Below, piece by piece: positions 28,369 through 38,158 of a stretch of 64,000 nucleotides of DNA; the stretch's first letter is position 1, and every line of letters starts with the position of its first letter. The translations under genes were made by a program, and so were the position numbers. Origin of the DNA: Gaiellales bacterium (GTDB lineage: Bacteria > Actinomycetota > Thermoleophilia > Gaiellales > Gaiellaceae); the NCBI GenBank assembly GCA_038214705.1, contig JBBQRN010000003.1:99853-163852 (forward strand), written 5' to 3'. Below the pieces are notes generated by a model, which was given only the letters and a program-made list of their open reading frames with translations, had not been told where the DNA came from and searched no databases.

Positions 28369-28728
28369 TCAGTTGACGGTGAAGTTGCCGAACATCGAGC
28401 TCTCGTGCGGCTGGCAGTAGAACTTGTACTTGCCCTTCTTGAGCTTCACCGAGAACGTCTTCGTGCCGGTGAAGGAGACGCTCGTGAAGTCCTTCGCGAA
28501 GCCGTTGGGGCCGTCGAGTCCGTAGCTGTGCATCGGTGACTTGTCGTTGATCACGAACGTGTAGGAGCCGGCCTTCAGCTTCGTCACCTTCTTGCCGCCC
28601 TGCGTCAGCTTGATCGTGAAGCCGGGCCCCACCGTGCCGACAAGCTTCGGTGCGGCCGCGGCGGCGCTCGAGACGGTGAGCATCGCTGCGGCGAGGATCG
28701 TTGCTCCGATTCCGAACGTGCGAATCAT
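28369..28728 (-). CDS. Secreted cupredoxin/plastocyanin-like protein
   Basis: Signal peptide; HSY and YKFYCQPHESSM (C-x2-H-x3-M) type-1 copper ligands. Confidence 0.85.
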   Translation of the reverse strand: MIRTFGIGATILAAAMLTVSSAAAAAPKLVGTVGPGFTIKLTQGGKKVTKLKAGSYTFVINDKSPMHSYGLDGPNGFAKDFTSVSFTGTKTFSVKLKKGKYKFYCQPHESSMFGNFTVN

Positions 28729-28815
28729 CGGGATGTCCTTCCGGTTGGAGGAAACGTTCATACCTCCACTACGCAGGAGCGCGGGCGCCGGTTTGCCGCG
28801 GGACCGCTGCCGGCC

Positions 28816-29283
28816 CTAGCCGGTGCGAGGGCACTTGCCGGTCGCGTACGCCGTGCGATCCGACTGCTGCAAGACCCAGCGCCACTTCCCGTTGACCGAC
28901 ACGGCGTGCATCGTTGCCGTCGTGATGCCGTCGTCGGAGGTCACCCGGACGCTTACCGCCTTCGAAGTGAGGGCCTTCGCCCCGACGTGAACGGGGTCGT
29001 CGTAGGTCTCGAGCACCTTGATGCCCTTGAGGTTCCAGCCCTCGTTCGCCTGGCACTCGACGAAGAGCGCGCGCGTCACGACGCGTTGATCGGCGGGGAT
29101 CAGCTCGTCCCAGAGCCGGCCGGACTGACCCCGTGAGAACTCGGTCGTGACCCGGCGGACGAAGTCGGGCGCTGACTCGGTGCCGGCTCCCTTCGTTGCA
29201 CCCGAGCCGCCTCCGAGGCAGCCGGCACCGAGTACCGCCGTGACGGCGACGAGCACGGCCGCTACGAACAGGTTCGGTTTCAT
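28816..29283 (-). CDS. Putative lipoprotein
   Basis: MKPNLFVAAVLVAVTAVLGAGC lipobox; two later Cys; ATG overlaps the apbE stop. Confidence 0.75.
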   Translation of the reverse strand: MKPNLFVAAVLVAVTAVLGAGCLGGGSGATKGAGTESAPDFVRRVTTEFSRGQSGRLWDELIPADQRVVTRALFVECQANEGWNLKGIKVLETYDDPVHVGAKALTSKAVSVRVTSDDGITTATMHAVSVNGKWRWVLQQSDRTAYATGKCPRTG

Positions 29284-30242
29284 GCGGATACCTCCATCAG
29301 CTGGGTAGTCGAGAGAAGGGGCAGAGCCCCGAGGACGACCGTGTCGCCCACGGCGGGGACCAGGATCGCAGACATGTCCGGTCGGTCGTGCAGCAGTTCC
29401 GCCGCCTGGCGGGGGGGCGTGATCGCGAGCGCCGTGGCGAACGCTTCGACGTCTTCTGCGTAGGGCCCCACCACCGTGACGGCGACAGGCCCGTCCTCGG
29501 CAGGGGCGCCGGTGGCCGGGTCGATGAGATGGTGGAGAGCACGCTGTGGGCCGAAGCGTCGCTGGTCGCGGCCGGATGTTGCAACCGCTCCTTCGCCGAT
29601 CGCGAGGGTCGCGACGACCACCCCGGGTCGCCGGGGATCGGCAATCGAGATGCGCCAAGGGCCGCCGTCGGGCGTCGCGCCCCAGACCGCGATGTCGCCG
29701 CCGAGATCGACGAGGCCTCCCGGCAGCTCGAGCCATGCGTCGCGCATCGCCCACAGGGCCCGTGCCGCCGCGAAGCCCTTGCCGAGACCGCCGAGGTCGA
29801 CGGCCGCGCCGGCGTCGATGCGTGCCTTGGACGACGCGGGGTCGATCTCGATCGCGGCGCCTGGACGCCAGCTGCTCGCTCCGGCCGCGGCGCGTTCTTC
29901 GAGCTGCTCGAACGAGCGGTCGTATCCTGCGGCAGCGAGCGCCGGCAGGATCGTCGGGTCGAACAGCCCGCCCGTCTCCTCACGGAGCCGGAGCGCCACG
30001 CGCAGCGCTCCGATCAGCCGCCGGTCGACGGTGATCCAGTGCCCCGCACCCCTGTTGAGGCGGGACAGATCGCTGTTCGGCCGGAAGCGCGACAGCGCGC
30101 TCTCGCAGCTCTCGATCTCGCGGTGGCCTGCTGCGAGCGCCCGGGCGCTCCGTCCCGTGCCCGACCGTGCGCCGGTGACCGCGACCGCACATTCGGTGCC
30201 CATGGCGTGGAACGACTCTCGCTCCAACGATCCCACAGTCAC
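29280..30242 (-). CDS. apbE: FAD:protein FMN transferase ApbE
   Basis: FHAMGT, LSRFRPNSDLSRLN, FDPT, DLGGLGKG, DLGGD, AVATSG, HHLIDP.TG; GTG 30242 overlaps upstream stop; no signal peptide. Confidence 0.92.
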   Translation of the reverse strand: MTVGSLERESFHAMGTECAVAVTGARSGTGRSARALAAGHREIESCESALSRFRPNSDLSRLNRGAGHWITVDRRLIGALRVALRLREETGGLFDPTILPALAAAGYDRSFEQLEERAAAGASSWRPGAAIEIDPASSKARIDAGAAVDLGGLGKGFAAARALWAMRDAWLELPGGLVDLGGDIAVWGATPDGGPWRISIADPRRPGVVVATLAIGEGAVATSGRDQRRFGPQRALHHLIDPATGAPAEDGPVAVTVVGPYAEDVEAFATALAITPPRQAAELLHDRPDMSAILVPAVGDTVVLGALPLLSTTQLMEVSA

Positions 30243-30868
30243 GCGGGAACCGCCGTCTCGGAGGTGGTCGGCGCCTCCTCGGTGCTCGAGGCTCTCCGGG
30301 CCACCCTGCGTGGCGTTGCCGGACGCGTGGGGTGCGGCATCAGAATACGTGCGACGGTGAGCCAGAGCACCGGCGCGAGCGCGACCGCGGCGAAGATCAG
30401 TCCCGTTGTGGCCGTGAGGTCGGTGCCGGCGTGTAGGGCATGACCGAGGGCGAGAAAGAATGCGGCGAAGGACGCGTAGTGGAGCACCCGCCAGCGGCGG
30501 GAACCGATCCGGCGGCGCAGATGGAACGAGACGGCGAGCATCAGCATCAGGTAGCCCGCCACCACTCCGGCTGCGACGGTGAGCGGCCGCCAGGGCGCCA
30601 CGCCGGGGATCACGATCGCCGTGACGCCGAACTGCATTACCGGGTCGAGCAGGATCGCGCCCCCGTGCAGGATCAACATCGAAAGGCCAGTCCAGGTGAG
30701 CGTCTGATGCCAGCCGATCAGGGCCTTCTGGCGCTTCGGCTCGAGGATCTTCGTGCTCATCAGGAGGCCGAGCGTCACCGACACGGTGAGCAGGGCGAAC
30801 GCGACGAGGCCTGCCGCGCGCGCGATCAACCAGGCTACAGGCATCCCTGCTGCGAGCACGCCGATCAT
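30239..30868 (-). CDS. Ferric reductase-like transmembrane (heme b) protein
   Basis: WLIARAAG, WHQTL, LHGGA, WRVLHYASF, HALHAGTD: conserved heme-ligating His residues. Confidence 0.87.
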   Translation of the reverse strand: MIGVLAAGMPVAWLIARAAGLVAFALLTVSVTLGLLMSTKILEPKRQKALIGWHQTLTWTGLSMLILHGGAILLDPVMQFGVTAIVIPGVAPWRPLTVAAGVVAGYLMLMLAVSFHLRRRIGSRRWRVLHYASFAAFFLALGHALHAGTDLTATTGLIFAAVALAPVLWLTVARILMPHPTRPATPRRVARRASSTEEAPTTSETAVPA

Positions 30869-31092
30869 CCAGCAGGGACCGGCGAGGTGCGCGTCGTCGC
30901 ATGTGGAGCCGTCGTCGAGGCGCCGGAGACGACGACGATGCGGCTTGTACCATTCGTGCCCTTGACGATCACGGCGCCGGGAATGGACTGGGACGAGCCG
31001 GCGGGGACGGGCTGCTGGCGCGTCCAGGCGAGGAACGCCACGACGGCGAACAGGGCCCAGACCGAGAGCACGGATGCCCAGACGGCACGCAT
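30865..31092 (-). CDS. Small membrane-anchored protein
   Basis: 75 aa; N-terminal TM, Ser/Thr-rich tail containing SGAS; coupled start/stop with neighbours. Confidence 0.7.
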   Translation of the reverse strand: MRAVWASVLSVWALFAVVAFLAWTRQQPVPAGSSQSIPGAVIVKGTNGTSRIVVVSGASTTAPHATTRTSPVPAG

Positions 31093-31304
31093 CAGTCTCC
31101 CGGCTCGACGCGCGGAGGAGCCTTCGCGGCAGGGCCGATGATCTGGCTCACCGTCGGCGGTACCGGCTGGAGGGGCGCAGCGGTGCGGGTGAGGCCGGCG
31201 ATCGCGGCCGCACCGGTGAGGACGGTAGCTGCGAGGACGGCAGCCAGCGTGAACAGTTCGCGGCGGCTCGGCGACGTGCCCTTCGCGGCGTTCCGCTGGG
31301 CCAC
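31092..31304 (-). CDS. Small membrane protein (possible in-frame ATC start at 31346)
   Basis: 70 aa, one TM; AAGGAGG lies 8 nt upstream of an in-frame ATC at 31346. Confidence 0.6.
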   Translation of the reverse strand: MAQRNAAKGTSPSRRELFTLAAVLAATVLTGAAAIAGLTRTAAPLQPVPPTVSQIIGPAAKAPPRVEPGD

Positions 31305-31631
31305 AGAGGCCGGGCGCGAAGCCGGTGTGGTCGAGGCGGTTGCGATGGGAGCCCCTCCTTTCCTGACTTCTCCAATGTAGGTGGGCGCGCGGCGTGGGTC
31401 ATCAGTGTGATCCCCGATCCGCGTGCGGCGAGGCCGCGCAGCATGGACGTAGCGGTCCGCTGCATCAGCGAAGGAACCCGAGCTAGCCGGGCCAGCCGCT
31501 CTGCCACCACTTTCGCTGCAGGTCCAGCGACCGGAAGACGAGATGTGCGTTCGTCTGGATCATGCACCCAACCGGCAAGGTCACGCGTGCGGCCGTCCTG
31601 CTGGGCGTCCCTTCGCTCGGGGCGTAGGCCC

Positions 31632-32570
31632 TCAGAGCGAGAGCCGCTGTAGGTCCATCCCGTCTGCCTTCGCGGCCGCCGCCTTCGCGATCGCGAGATC
31701 CTGGATCGCGAGCCCGGTCGAGTCGAAGAGTGTGATGTCCTCGGCGCTGCGGCGACCTTCGGCCTCTCCCACCAGCACCCGGCCGATGTCGGTCACGCGG
31801 TCGCGCGTTACGACCCCAGCGCCGACCCCCGCGGCCAGCTCGCCGCCGTGACTCGCCTGGTCCCAGTCGTCGCAGAAGAGGTCGGCCCGCGCGAGTTCGG
31901 CCACGGCGACCTCGGCCTTGCCGGGACCGTCGGCGCCCATCATCGAGACGTGCTGACCGGCGCGGAGCGAGCCCTCCGGATAGAGGACATCGTTCCCGGG
32001 CGTGACGGTGACGACGATGTCGCTCGCGAGTGCCTCCTCGCGCGAGGCGGCGACGCGGGCGCCCAGCCGCTCGGCGACGAAGGACGACCGTGCCGGGTCG
32101 ATGTCCCAGACGAGCACGTCGCTGCCGAGCGCCCGGAACATCCGCACCGTCTCGGCGCCGTTGACGCCGCAGCCGATCACGGCCGTCGTCTCGGCACCTG
32201 CTCGGCACAGCGTCTCGGCAGCGATTACCGCGGCCGCTGCGGTGCGCAGCGCCGTGACAGCCGCGGCGTCGAGCACCGCTACGAGCGCCCCGGTCCGCGA
32301 GTCTGAGAGCAGCACGAGCCCCGTCACAGTAGGAAGGCCCTTCGCCGGGTTGCCGGGGAACGAGGTCACCCACTTCAGCAGCGCGTGGCCACCGCCGAGC
32401 GCAGGCATGGCGCGGAAGTCCCCGGCGGGGTAGCTCGTCACATAGACCTTTGGATGCATCGTCCAGTCGCCCCTCGCGTGGGCGATGAAGGCCGCCTTGA
32501 CGGCGTCGTAGGCGTCGTGCGGCGAGACGGCGCGCTCGACGTCGGCGCCGGCGAAGAAGGGCACTGTCAC
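31632..32570 (-). CDS. Ornithine cyclodeaminase/mu-crystallin family protein
   Basis: KWVTSFPGN, TALRTAAA, IGCGVNG, ITLFDSTGLAIQD. Confidence 0.92.
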   Translation of the reverse strand: MTVPFFAGADVERAVSPHDAYDAVKAAFIAHARGDWTMHPKVYVTSYPAGDFRAMPALGGGHALLKWVTSFPGNPAKGLPTVTGLVLLSDSRTGALVAVLDAAAVTALRTAAAAVIAAETLCRAGAETTAVIGCGVNGAETVRMFRALGSDVLVWDIDPARSSFVAERLGARVAASREEALASDIVVTVTPGNDVLYPEGSLRAGQHVSMMGADGPGKAEVAVAELARADLFCDDWDQASHGGELAAGVGAGVVTRDRVTDIGRVLVGEAEGRRSAEDITLFDSTGLAIQDLAIAKAAAAKADGMDLQRLSL

Positions 32571-32603
32571 GACGCGAAGCCTAGTTGGGCGTGCGAGGAT
32601 CCG

Positions 32604-33323
32604 ATGGTGGCACCCACGATCGAGATCGGCGGCCTCCATGTAGTCCGCGGCGGGGTGACGGTGATCGACGAGCTGTCGCTCGCTGTCGAGGGGGGCGTCG
32701 TCACGGGCCTCCTCGGGCCGAGCGGGAGCGGCAAGTCAACCCTGATGCGCGCGATCGTCGGCGTCCAGATCGTTGCGGCGGGCGAGGTTCGCGTGCTCGG
32801 GCTCCCGGCCGGCGATCCCGACCTGCGGCGGCGCGTCGGCTACGTCACCCAGGCGCCGTCCGTCTATGCGGACCTTTCCGTGCGCGAGAACCTCGCCTAC
32901 TTCACGCGCGTGCTCGGTGTCGCGCGCACGCGGTCGGACCAGGTGATCGAGCGCGTCGGGCTCTCCGACTCCGCGGGAAGGCTCGTCGGAAGGCTATCGG
33001 GCGGGCAGAAGGCGCGGGTCTCGCTCGCTGCGGCGTTGCTCGGCGAGCCCGAGGTGCTCATCCTCGATGAGCCCACCGTCGGCCTCGACCCGGTGCTGCG
33101 GCGTGACCTCTGGGACTTCTTCCACGAGCTCGCAGCCGGTGGCACGACGTTGCTCGTCTCGAGCCACGTGATGGACGAGGCGGCGCGTTGCGAGCGGCTG
33201 CTGCTTCTGCGCGAAGGAGGGATCCTCGCCGATCTCACGCCCGCTGCGCTGCTCGAACGCACCGGCGCTCCGGATCTCGACGCCGCGTTTCTGAAGCTCG
33301 TCGAGGGTTGTGCAACACGGTGA
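32604..33323 (+). CDS. ABC transporter ATP-binding protein
   Basis: GPSGSGKST, LSGGQ, LILDEPT, VSSH. Confidence 0.95.
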   Translation: MVAPTIEIGGLHVVRGGVTVIDELSLAVEGGVVTGLLGPSGSGKSTLMRAIVGVQIVAAGEVRVLGLPAGDPDLRRRVGYVTQAPSVYADLSVRENLAYFTRVLGVARTRSDQVIERVGLSDSAGRLVGRLSGGQKARVSLAAALLGEPEVLILDEPTVGLDPVLRRDLWDFFHELAAGGTTLLVSSHVMDEAARCERLLLLREGGILADLTPAALLERTGAPDLDAAFLKLVEGCATR

Positions 33324-34057
33324 GCCCGGGCCGCACGGCCGCGACCGCCTCGCGCGTGCTCTCGCAACTGCGGCGCGATCCGCGCACGCTCGTGCTCCTG
33401 CTCGCTGTCCCGTGCGGGCTGATGATCCTCGTCGACCAGCTCTTCGCCGGCCGTGAGCAGGTGTTCCAGAGCGTTGGGGTGCCGATGCTCGGGATCTTCC
33501 CCCTCACGAGCATGTTCCTCGTCACCTCGATCACGATGCTGCGAGAGCGAACGACGGGGACGCTCGAGAGGCTCCTGACGACGCCGCTCACGAAGCTCGA
33601 GCTCCTGGCCGGCTACGGCATCGCATTCGCCCTCGTCGCCGTCGTGCAGGCGATCGTCGTCTCGCTTGTCGGCTTCGGCCTGCTCGGGCTCGAGAGCGTG
33701 CACTCGCAGCTCCTGATCGTCGGTCTCGCTGTCGCGAACGCGATCCTCGGGATGTCGTTCGGTCTCTTCGTGAGTGCGTTCGCCCAGACTGAGTTCCAGG
33801 CTGTGCAGTTCATGCCCGCCTTCGTGCTGCCGCAGATCCTGCTCTGCGGGCTCATCGTCGACCGGGATCAGATGGCGACGTGGCTGCAATGGATCTCGGC
33901 CGCGCTGCCGCTCACCTACGCGTTCGACGCCCTTGACCGAGCGGCCCACGAGCCGAGCCTCGGGCCTCGGTTCTACGCCGACGTTGCCGTGGTGCTCGGC
34001 GCCATGCTCCTCGCCCTCGTGCTCGGTGCCGCGACGTTGCGCCGCCGCACGCCCTAG
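33320..34057 (+). CDS. ABC-2 type transporter permease
   Basis: LRRDPRT, RERTTGTLERL, TEFQAVQFMP; about 6 TM. Confidence 0.92.
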   Translation: MSPGRTAATASRVLSQLRRDPRTLVLLLAVPCGLMILVDQLFAGREQVFQSVGVPMLGIFPLTSMFLVTSITMLRERTTGTLERLLTTPLTKLELLAGYGIAFALVAVVQAIVVSLVGFGLLGLESVHSQLLIVGLAVANAILGMSFGLFVSAFAQTEFQAVQFMPAFVLPQILLCGLIVDRDQMATWLQWISAALPLTYAFDALDRAAHEPSLGPRFYADVAVVLGAMLLALVLGAATLRRRTP

Positions 34058-34674
34058 TACAACCCCTCCCGCCGCGCATACCGCTCGGCTCGCTCGGTGT
34101 CGTACTTCTCCGCGTTGAATGCGGGGTTGAGGCTGCGATGGATCTCGCCGGGAGTCGGCAGGTCGTCCTTCGCGACGAACGTCGACGGATCCCAGAGCGA
34201 CGAGCGGATGAACGCCTTCGGGCAGTGCGTGAACACCTCATCGATCTCGACCAGCAGTCCCAGCACCGGCGCCTTGCCCTCGACCGCCAGCGGCGCCAGG
34301 AGCTCCACATCGTCGACGACGCGCGCTCGCCCGTTTACGCGGAGCGTCTCGCCGACCCCGGGCACGAGGAAGAGCAGACCGACCTGGGGGTTCTCGAGAA
34401 TGTTCCGCAGCGAGTCAGCCAGCCGGTTGCCCGGGCGCTCCGGCAGGAGCAGCGTCTGGTCGTCGAGCACGTGGACGAATCCCGCCGGGTCGCCGCGCGG
34501 GCTCACGTCGCAGCTGCCGTCGAGCGCCGAGGTGGCGAGCAGGACGAAGGGGGAGAGGTCGATGAAGCGGCGCGTCAGGTCGTTGACCCGGTCGGTCACC
34601 TTCGCGGCGACCAGCTCGCCCGGTTCGCCGAGGAGCTCCCGGAGGCCGGCCTCGTCGTCGATCGTGGAGGCCAC
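34054..34674 (-). CDS. Pyridoxamine 5'-phosphate oxidase-like FMN-binding protein (MSMEG_1061 type)
   Basis: DVSPRGDP.GF, PERPGNRLADS.RNI, HCPKAFIRS. Confidence 0.88.
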   Translation of the reverse strand: MASTIDDEAGLRELLGEPGELVAAKVTDRVNDLTRRFIDLSPFVLLATSALDGSCDVSPRGDPAGFVHVLDDQTLLLPERPGNRLADSLRNILENPQVGLLFLVPGVGETLRVNGRARVVDDVELLAPLAVEGKAPVLGLLVEIDEVFTHCPKAFIRSSLWDPSTFVAKDDLPTPGEIHRSLNPAFNAEKYDTERAERYARREGLY

Positions 34675-36068
34675 TACGTCGCTTTGACGGCCGCGATCAG
34701 CTTGACGACGGAGTCCTTGGCGTCGCCAAACAGCATCGTCGTCTGCGGCTCGAGGTAGAGCTCGTTGTCGATCCCCGCGAAGCCCGGGGCCATCGACCGC
34801 TTCATCACGATCACGCTCGCGGCCTTGTCGACGTCGAGGATCGGCATCCCGTAGATCGGGCTCGAAGTGTCGTGCCTGGCGGCCGGGTTCGTGACGTCGT
34901 TCGCGCCGATCACGAGCGCCACATCGGTCTGCGGGAACTCGGGGTTGACCTCGTCCATCTCCTTGAGAACGTCGTAGGGGACGTTCGCCTCGGCGAGGAG
35001 GACGTTCATGTGGCCGGGCATACGGCCGGCGACGGGGTGGATAGCGTAGAGCACCTCGACGCCCTTCTCCTCGAGCAGCTCGGCGAGCTGCCGGACGTCG
35101 TGCTGCGCCTGGGCGACGGCCATCCCGTAGCCGGGGACGACCACGACCTTGCGCGCGAACGAGAGCTGCACTGCAACGTCCTCAGGTGTGGTCGCGCGCA
35201 CCGTGCGCCCGTCGTCGGTGCGCATTCCCGTCCCGACGCCGGCCTGCACTTGCCCGAAGGCGCCGAACAGCACGTTCGTAACCGACCGATTCATCGCCTT
35301 CGCCATCAGCAGGGTGAGCATCGTGCCCGACGCGCCGACGAGCATTCCGGCCACGATCAGGACGGTGTTCGAGAGGACGAAGCCCGTCGCCGAGGCCGCG
35401 AGCCCGGTGAAGGCGTTCAGCAGCGAGATCACGACGGGCATGTCGGCGCCGCCGATCGGCAGTACGAACAGTACTCCGAAGAGGAGCGCCAGCCCGACGA
35501 GCAACCAGAGCACCCACTCGTCGTGCACGCCTGCGACGAGCGCCACGCCGAGGCTGACCGTGGCGAGCAGGACGCCGACGTTGAAGACGTTCTGACCGGG
35601 GAACGTGATCGGCCGGCCGCTGATCAGCTCCTGCAGCTTCCCGTACGCGACGAGGGAACCGGCGAAGGAGATCGAGCCGATCAACGCCGAGAGCACGGTC
35701 GAGACCGAGGCGGTCGTGGGCAGACCGGCGGTGGCGATGTGGAACTCCGCGAGCGCTACGAGCGCCGCGGCGCCGCCGCCGACGCCGTTGAACAGCGCCA
35801 CCATCTGCGGCATCTGGGTCATCTTCACCTTGCGCGCTCCGACGAGGCCGACGGCCGCACCGATCGCGGCCGCGACAACGATCCAGGCCCAGTTGCCGAT
35901 CCCGTCGAGCATCAGCGTACTCGCGATTGCGAGGATCATCCCAACGCCACCGATCCAGTTTCCACGACGTGCGTGCCTGGGCGACGAGAGGAACCGCAGC
36001 GCCAGGATGAAGCAGATGATCGTCGCCAGGTAGAGCAGGCCGATCAGGTTGGAGCCCGGGGAGATCAC
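34674..36068 (-). CDS. pntB: NAD(P) transhydrogenase subunit beta
   Basis: MPQMVALFNGVGG, GGADMPVVISLLN, PGYGMAVAQAQH, HPVAGRMPGHMN, GANDVTNPAA. Confidence 0.96.
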   Translation of the reverse strand: MISPGSNLIGLLYLATIICFILALRFLSSPRHARRGNWIGGVGMILAIASTLMLDGIGNWAWIVVAAAIGAAVGLVGARKVKMTQMPQMVALFNGVGGGAAALVALAEFHIATAGLPTTASVSTVLSALIGSISFAGSLVAYGKLQELISGRPITFPGQNVFNVGVLLATVSLGVALVAGVHDEWVLWLLVGLALLFGVLFVLPIGGADMPVVISLLNAFTGLAASATGFVLSNTVLIVAGMLVGASGTMLTLLMAKAMNRSVTNVLFGAFGQVQAGVGTGMRTDDGRTVRATTPEDVAVQLSFARKVVVVPGYGMAVAQAQHDVRQLAELLEEKGVEVLYAIHPVAGRMPGHMNVLLAEANVPYDVLKEMDEVNPEFPQTDVALVIGANDVTNPAARHDTSSPIYGMPILDVDKAASVIVMKRSMAPGFAGIDNELYLEPQTTMLFGDAKDSVVKLIAAVKAT

Positions 36069-36376
36069 GGCTTCGGGCTCTCCTTCGGGGTTTCCGGGCG
36101 CTTCTTGAACATCTCGAGCATCCGGTCCGTGACGAACCAGCCGCCGACGACGTTCGCGGTGGCGAGCATCATCGCGACGAAGCCGATCACCTTGAGAAAG
36201 GTGTCGTCGGCCTCGCCGAGCACGATGATCGCGCCGACGATGACGATGCCGTGGATGAAGTTCGTGCCCGACATCAGCGGCGTGTGGAGCATTGCCGGCA
36301 CCTTCGAGACCACCTCGAAGCCGAGGAAGATCGCAAGCGCCAGGATGGTCAACTCGATCACGAGCGTCAGGTTCAT
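36065..36376 (-). CDS. pntAb: NAD(P) transhydrogenase subunit alpha, membrane part
   Basis: LHTPLMSGTNFIHG, NVVGGWFVTDRML. Confidence 0.95.
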   Translation of the reverse strand: MNLTLVIELTILALAIFLGFEVVSKVPAMLHTPLMSGTNFIHGIVIVGAIIVLGEADDTFLKVIGFVAMMLATANVVGGWFVTDRMLEMFKKRPETPKESPKP

Positions 36377-37473
36377 GCCGATGCCTCCTCGGGTTTGCCG
36401 GCCACGCAGGCGCCACCGGTGATCTCGTCATCGAAGTCGAGGGCGAGTTCGCCCCCCGGCGCCAGGTGCAGGAGCAGAGCGCTGACGTTGCGCGAGTAGA
36501 GCTGGCTCGCGTGGAACGCCATCTGCGACGGGAGGTTCGTGAAGCCGACGATCGTGACGCCCTCGCGGACGACCTCGTTCCCCGGTTGGGTCAGCTCGCA
36601 GTTGCCGCCGGCTTCGGCGGCGAGATCGACGATGCAGCTGCCGGGGCGCATGTGCGCGACCGCGGAGGCGGGGATCAGCTTCGGCGCGGGCCGGCCCGGG
36701 ATCAGGGCCGTGGTGACGATCACGTCGAAATCAGGGATCCGCTCCTCGAGGGCGGCCAGCTGTGCCGCCTGCTGCTCGGGCGTCAATTCCTTCGCATACC
36801 CTCCCTCGGCCTCCTCGCCGCTGACCCCGAGCTCGAGGAATCGGGCGCCGAGCGATTCGACCTGCTCCTTCACGGCGGGTCGTACGTCGAAGGCGGAGAC
36901 CACAGCCCCGAGCCGGCGCGCGGTCGCGATCGCCTGCAGGCCCGCGACGCCCGCGCCCATCACGAGCCCTCGGGCCGGCGCGATGGTGCCCGCGGCGGTC
37001 ATCAGCATCGGGAAGAGCCTGGGCACGCGATCGGCGGCGATCAGGACGGCCTTGTAGCCCGCCACGGTCGCCTGCGACGACAGCGCGTCCATCGACTGGG
37101 CTCGGCTGATCCGTGGCACCGACTCCATTGCGAATGCGACGACGCCCAGTCGCTCCAGGTGCGCGATTCCTTCGGGATCGGTGAGCGGCGCCAGGAACCC
37201 GATCAACACGGTGCCCGCAGCGACCCCCGCTACCTCGTCGGGTGTCGGCCTGCCGAGCCGCACGATCGCCCCGACGCCCTCCGGCGGCGTGGCGCTCGCG
37301 GCCAGCGTCGCCCCCGCGGCTGCATAGTCGTCGTCCGCGAACCCGGCGGCGCCACCGGCGCCGCGCTCGACCACGATTTCGAAGCCACCGCCCGAGAGCT
37401 TGGCGACCGTTTCGGGGACGAGCGCCACCCGGCTCTCGCCCTGGGCGGCCTCACGGGGCACGAAAACACGCAT
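36373..37473 (-). CDS. pntAa: NAD(P) transhydrogenase subunit alpha, NAD-binding part
   Basis: ESRVALVPE, RAQSMDALSSQ, GAGVAGLQAI, TALIPGRPAP, GGNCE. Confidence 0.96.
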   Translation of the reverse strand: MRVFVPREAAQGESRVALVPETVAKLSGGGFEIVVERGAGGAAGFADDDYAAAGATLAASATPPEGVGAIVRLGRPTPDEVAGVAAGTVLIGFLAPLTDPEGIAHLERLGVVAFAMESVPRISRAQSMDALSSQATVAGYKAVLIAADRVPRLFPMLMTAAGTIAPARGLVMGAGVAGLQAIATARRLGAVVSAFDVRPAVKEQVESLGARFLELGVSGEEAEGGYAKELTPEQQAAQLAALEERIPDFDVIVTTALIPGRPAPKLIPASAVAHMRPGSCIVDLAAEAGGNCELTQPGNEVVREGVTIVGFTNLPSQMAFHASQLYSRNVSALLLHLAPGGELALDFDDEITGGACVAGKPEEASA

Positions 37474-37525
37474 ACCCCGAATCTAGAGGAAGGGATTTCG
37501 CCGTGCGCCGGGAACCAAGGATCCC

Positions 37526-38110
37526 GTGACGCGGCTCGATCACCTCGCCACTGCCATGCGTGCCAGCGACGCTTCGCTCGAGGGCCATGCCCTCAGAGTC
37601 GGGCTCAACGCGGAGGCCGTGGCCCGCAGGCTCGACTGGCCGGCGGAGCGGATCGCCACCCTTCGTGTCGGCGCCGCGCTCCACGATGTCGGCAAGATCA
37701 ACGTGCGCCCGGAGGTGCTCTCCAAGCCCGGCCCCCTCGACGAGGCCGAGCTGGCGGAGATGCGAGCGCACCCGGTCGAAGGCGCGTGGCTGATCGCCGG
37801 CGTTCCATCGCTTGCGGCCGCGTTGCCCTATGTCCTCTTCCACCACGAGCGCTGGGACGGCAGTGGCTACCCGACCCGCAGGGCGGGGCTCGAGATTCCG
37901 GCCGAGGGTCGGCTGCTGGCCGTGGTGGACGCGTTCGACGCGATGACCTCGCCGCGTCCGTACTGCGGTGCCCAGGACGTCGACTGGGCAGTGAGCGAGG
38001 TGGCCCGTTGCTCGACGAGCCAGTTCGATCCCGAGGTTGCGGCGGCGTTCGTCGACTCCTACGCGGCCGGCGAGATCGCCGCCGGCGAGCCGCTCTCGAT
38101 CGCTGTCTGA
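37526..38110 (+). CDS. Stand-alone HD-GYP domain protein
   Basis: LHDVGKI, HHERWDGSGYP, DAFDAMTS.RPY. Confidence 0.92.
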   Translation: MTRLDHLATAMRASDASLEGHALRVGLNAEAVARRLDWPAERIATLRVGAALHDVGKINVRPEVLSKPGPLDEAELAEMRAHPVEGAWLIAGVPSLAAALPYVLFHHERWDGSGYPTRRAGLEIPAEGRLLAVVDAFDAMTSPRPYCGAQDVDWAVSEVARCSTSQFDPEVAAAFVDSYAAGEIAAGEPLSIAV

Positions 38111-38158
38111 GCAGTCTCCGCACAGGCCCTCCCCGATCGTCTGCGATGATCGGGCCCG

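Noticed and set aside
29280-30953. 557-aa ORF suggesting an N-terminally extended ApbE fusion
   Set aside because: The extension overlaps the ferric-reductase-like gene in another frame and is low-complexity; GTG 30242 gives normal coupling
31380-31567. Weak MarR-like phrase (TATSMLRGLAARG) on the minus strand
   Set aside because: Similarity too short and no convincing start or RBS
34674-37473. Transhydrogenase alpha subunit split into two genes
   Set aside because: Well-known three-gene pnt arrangement; not novel
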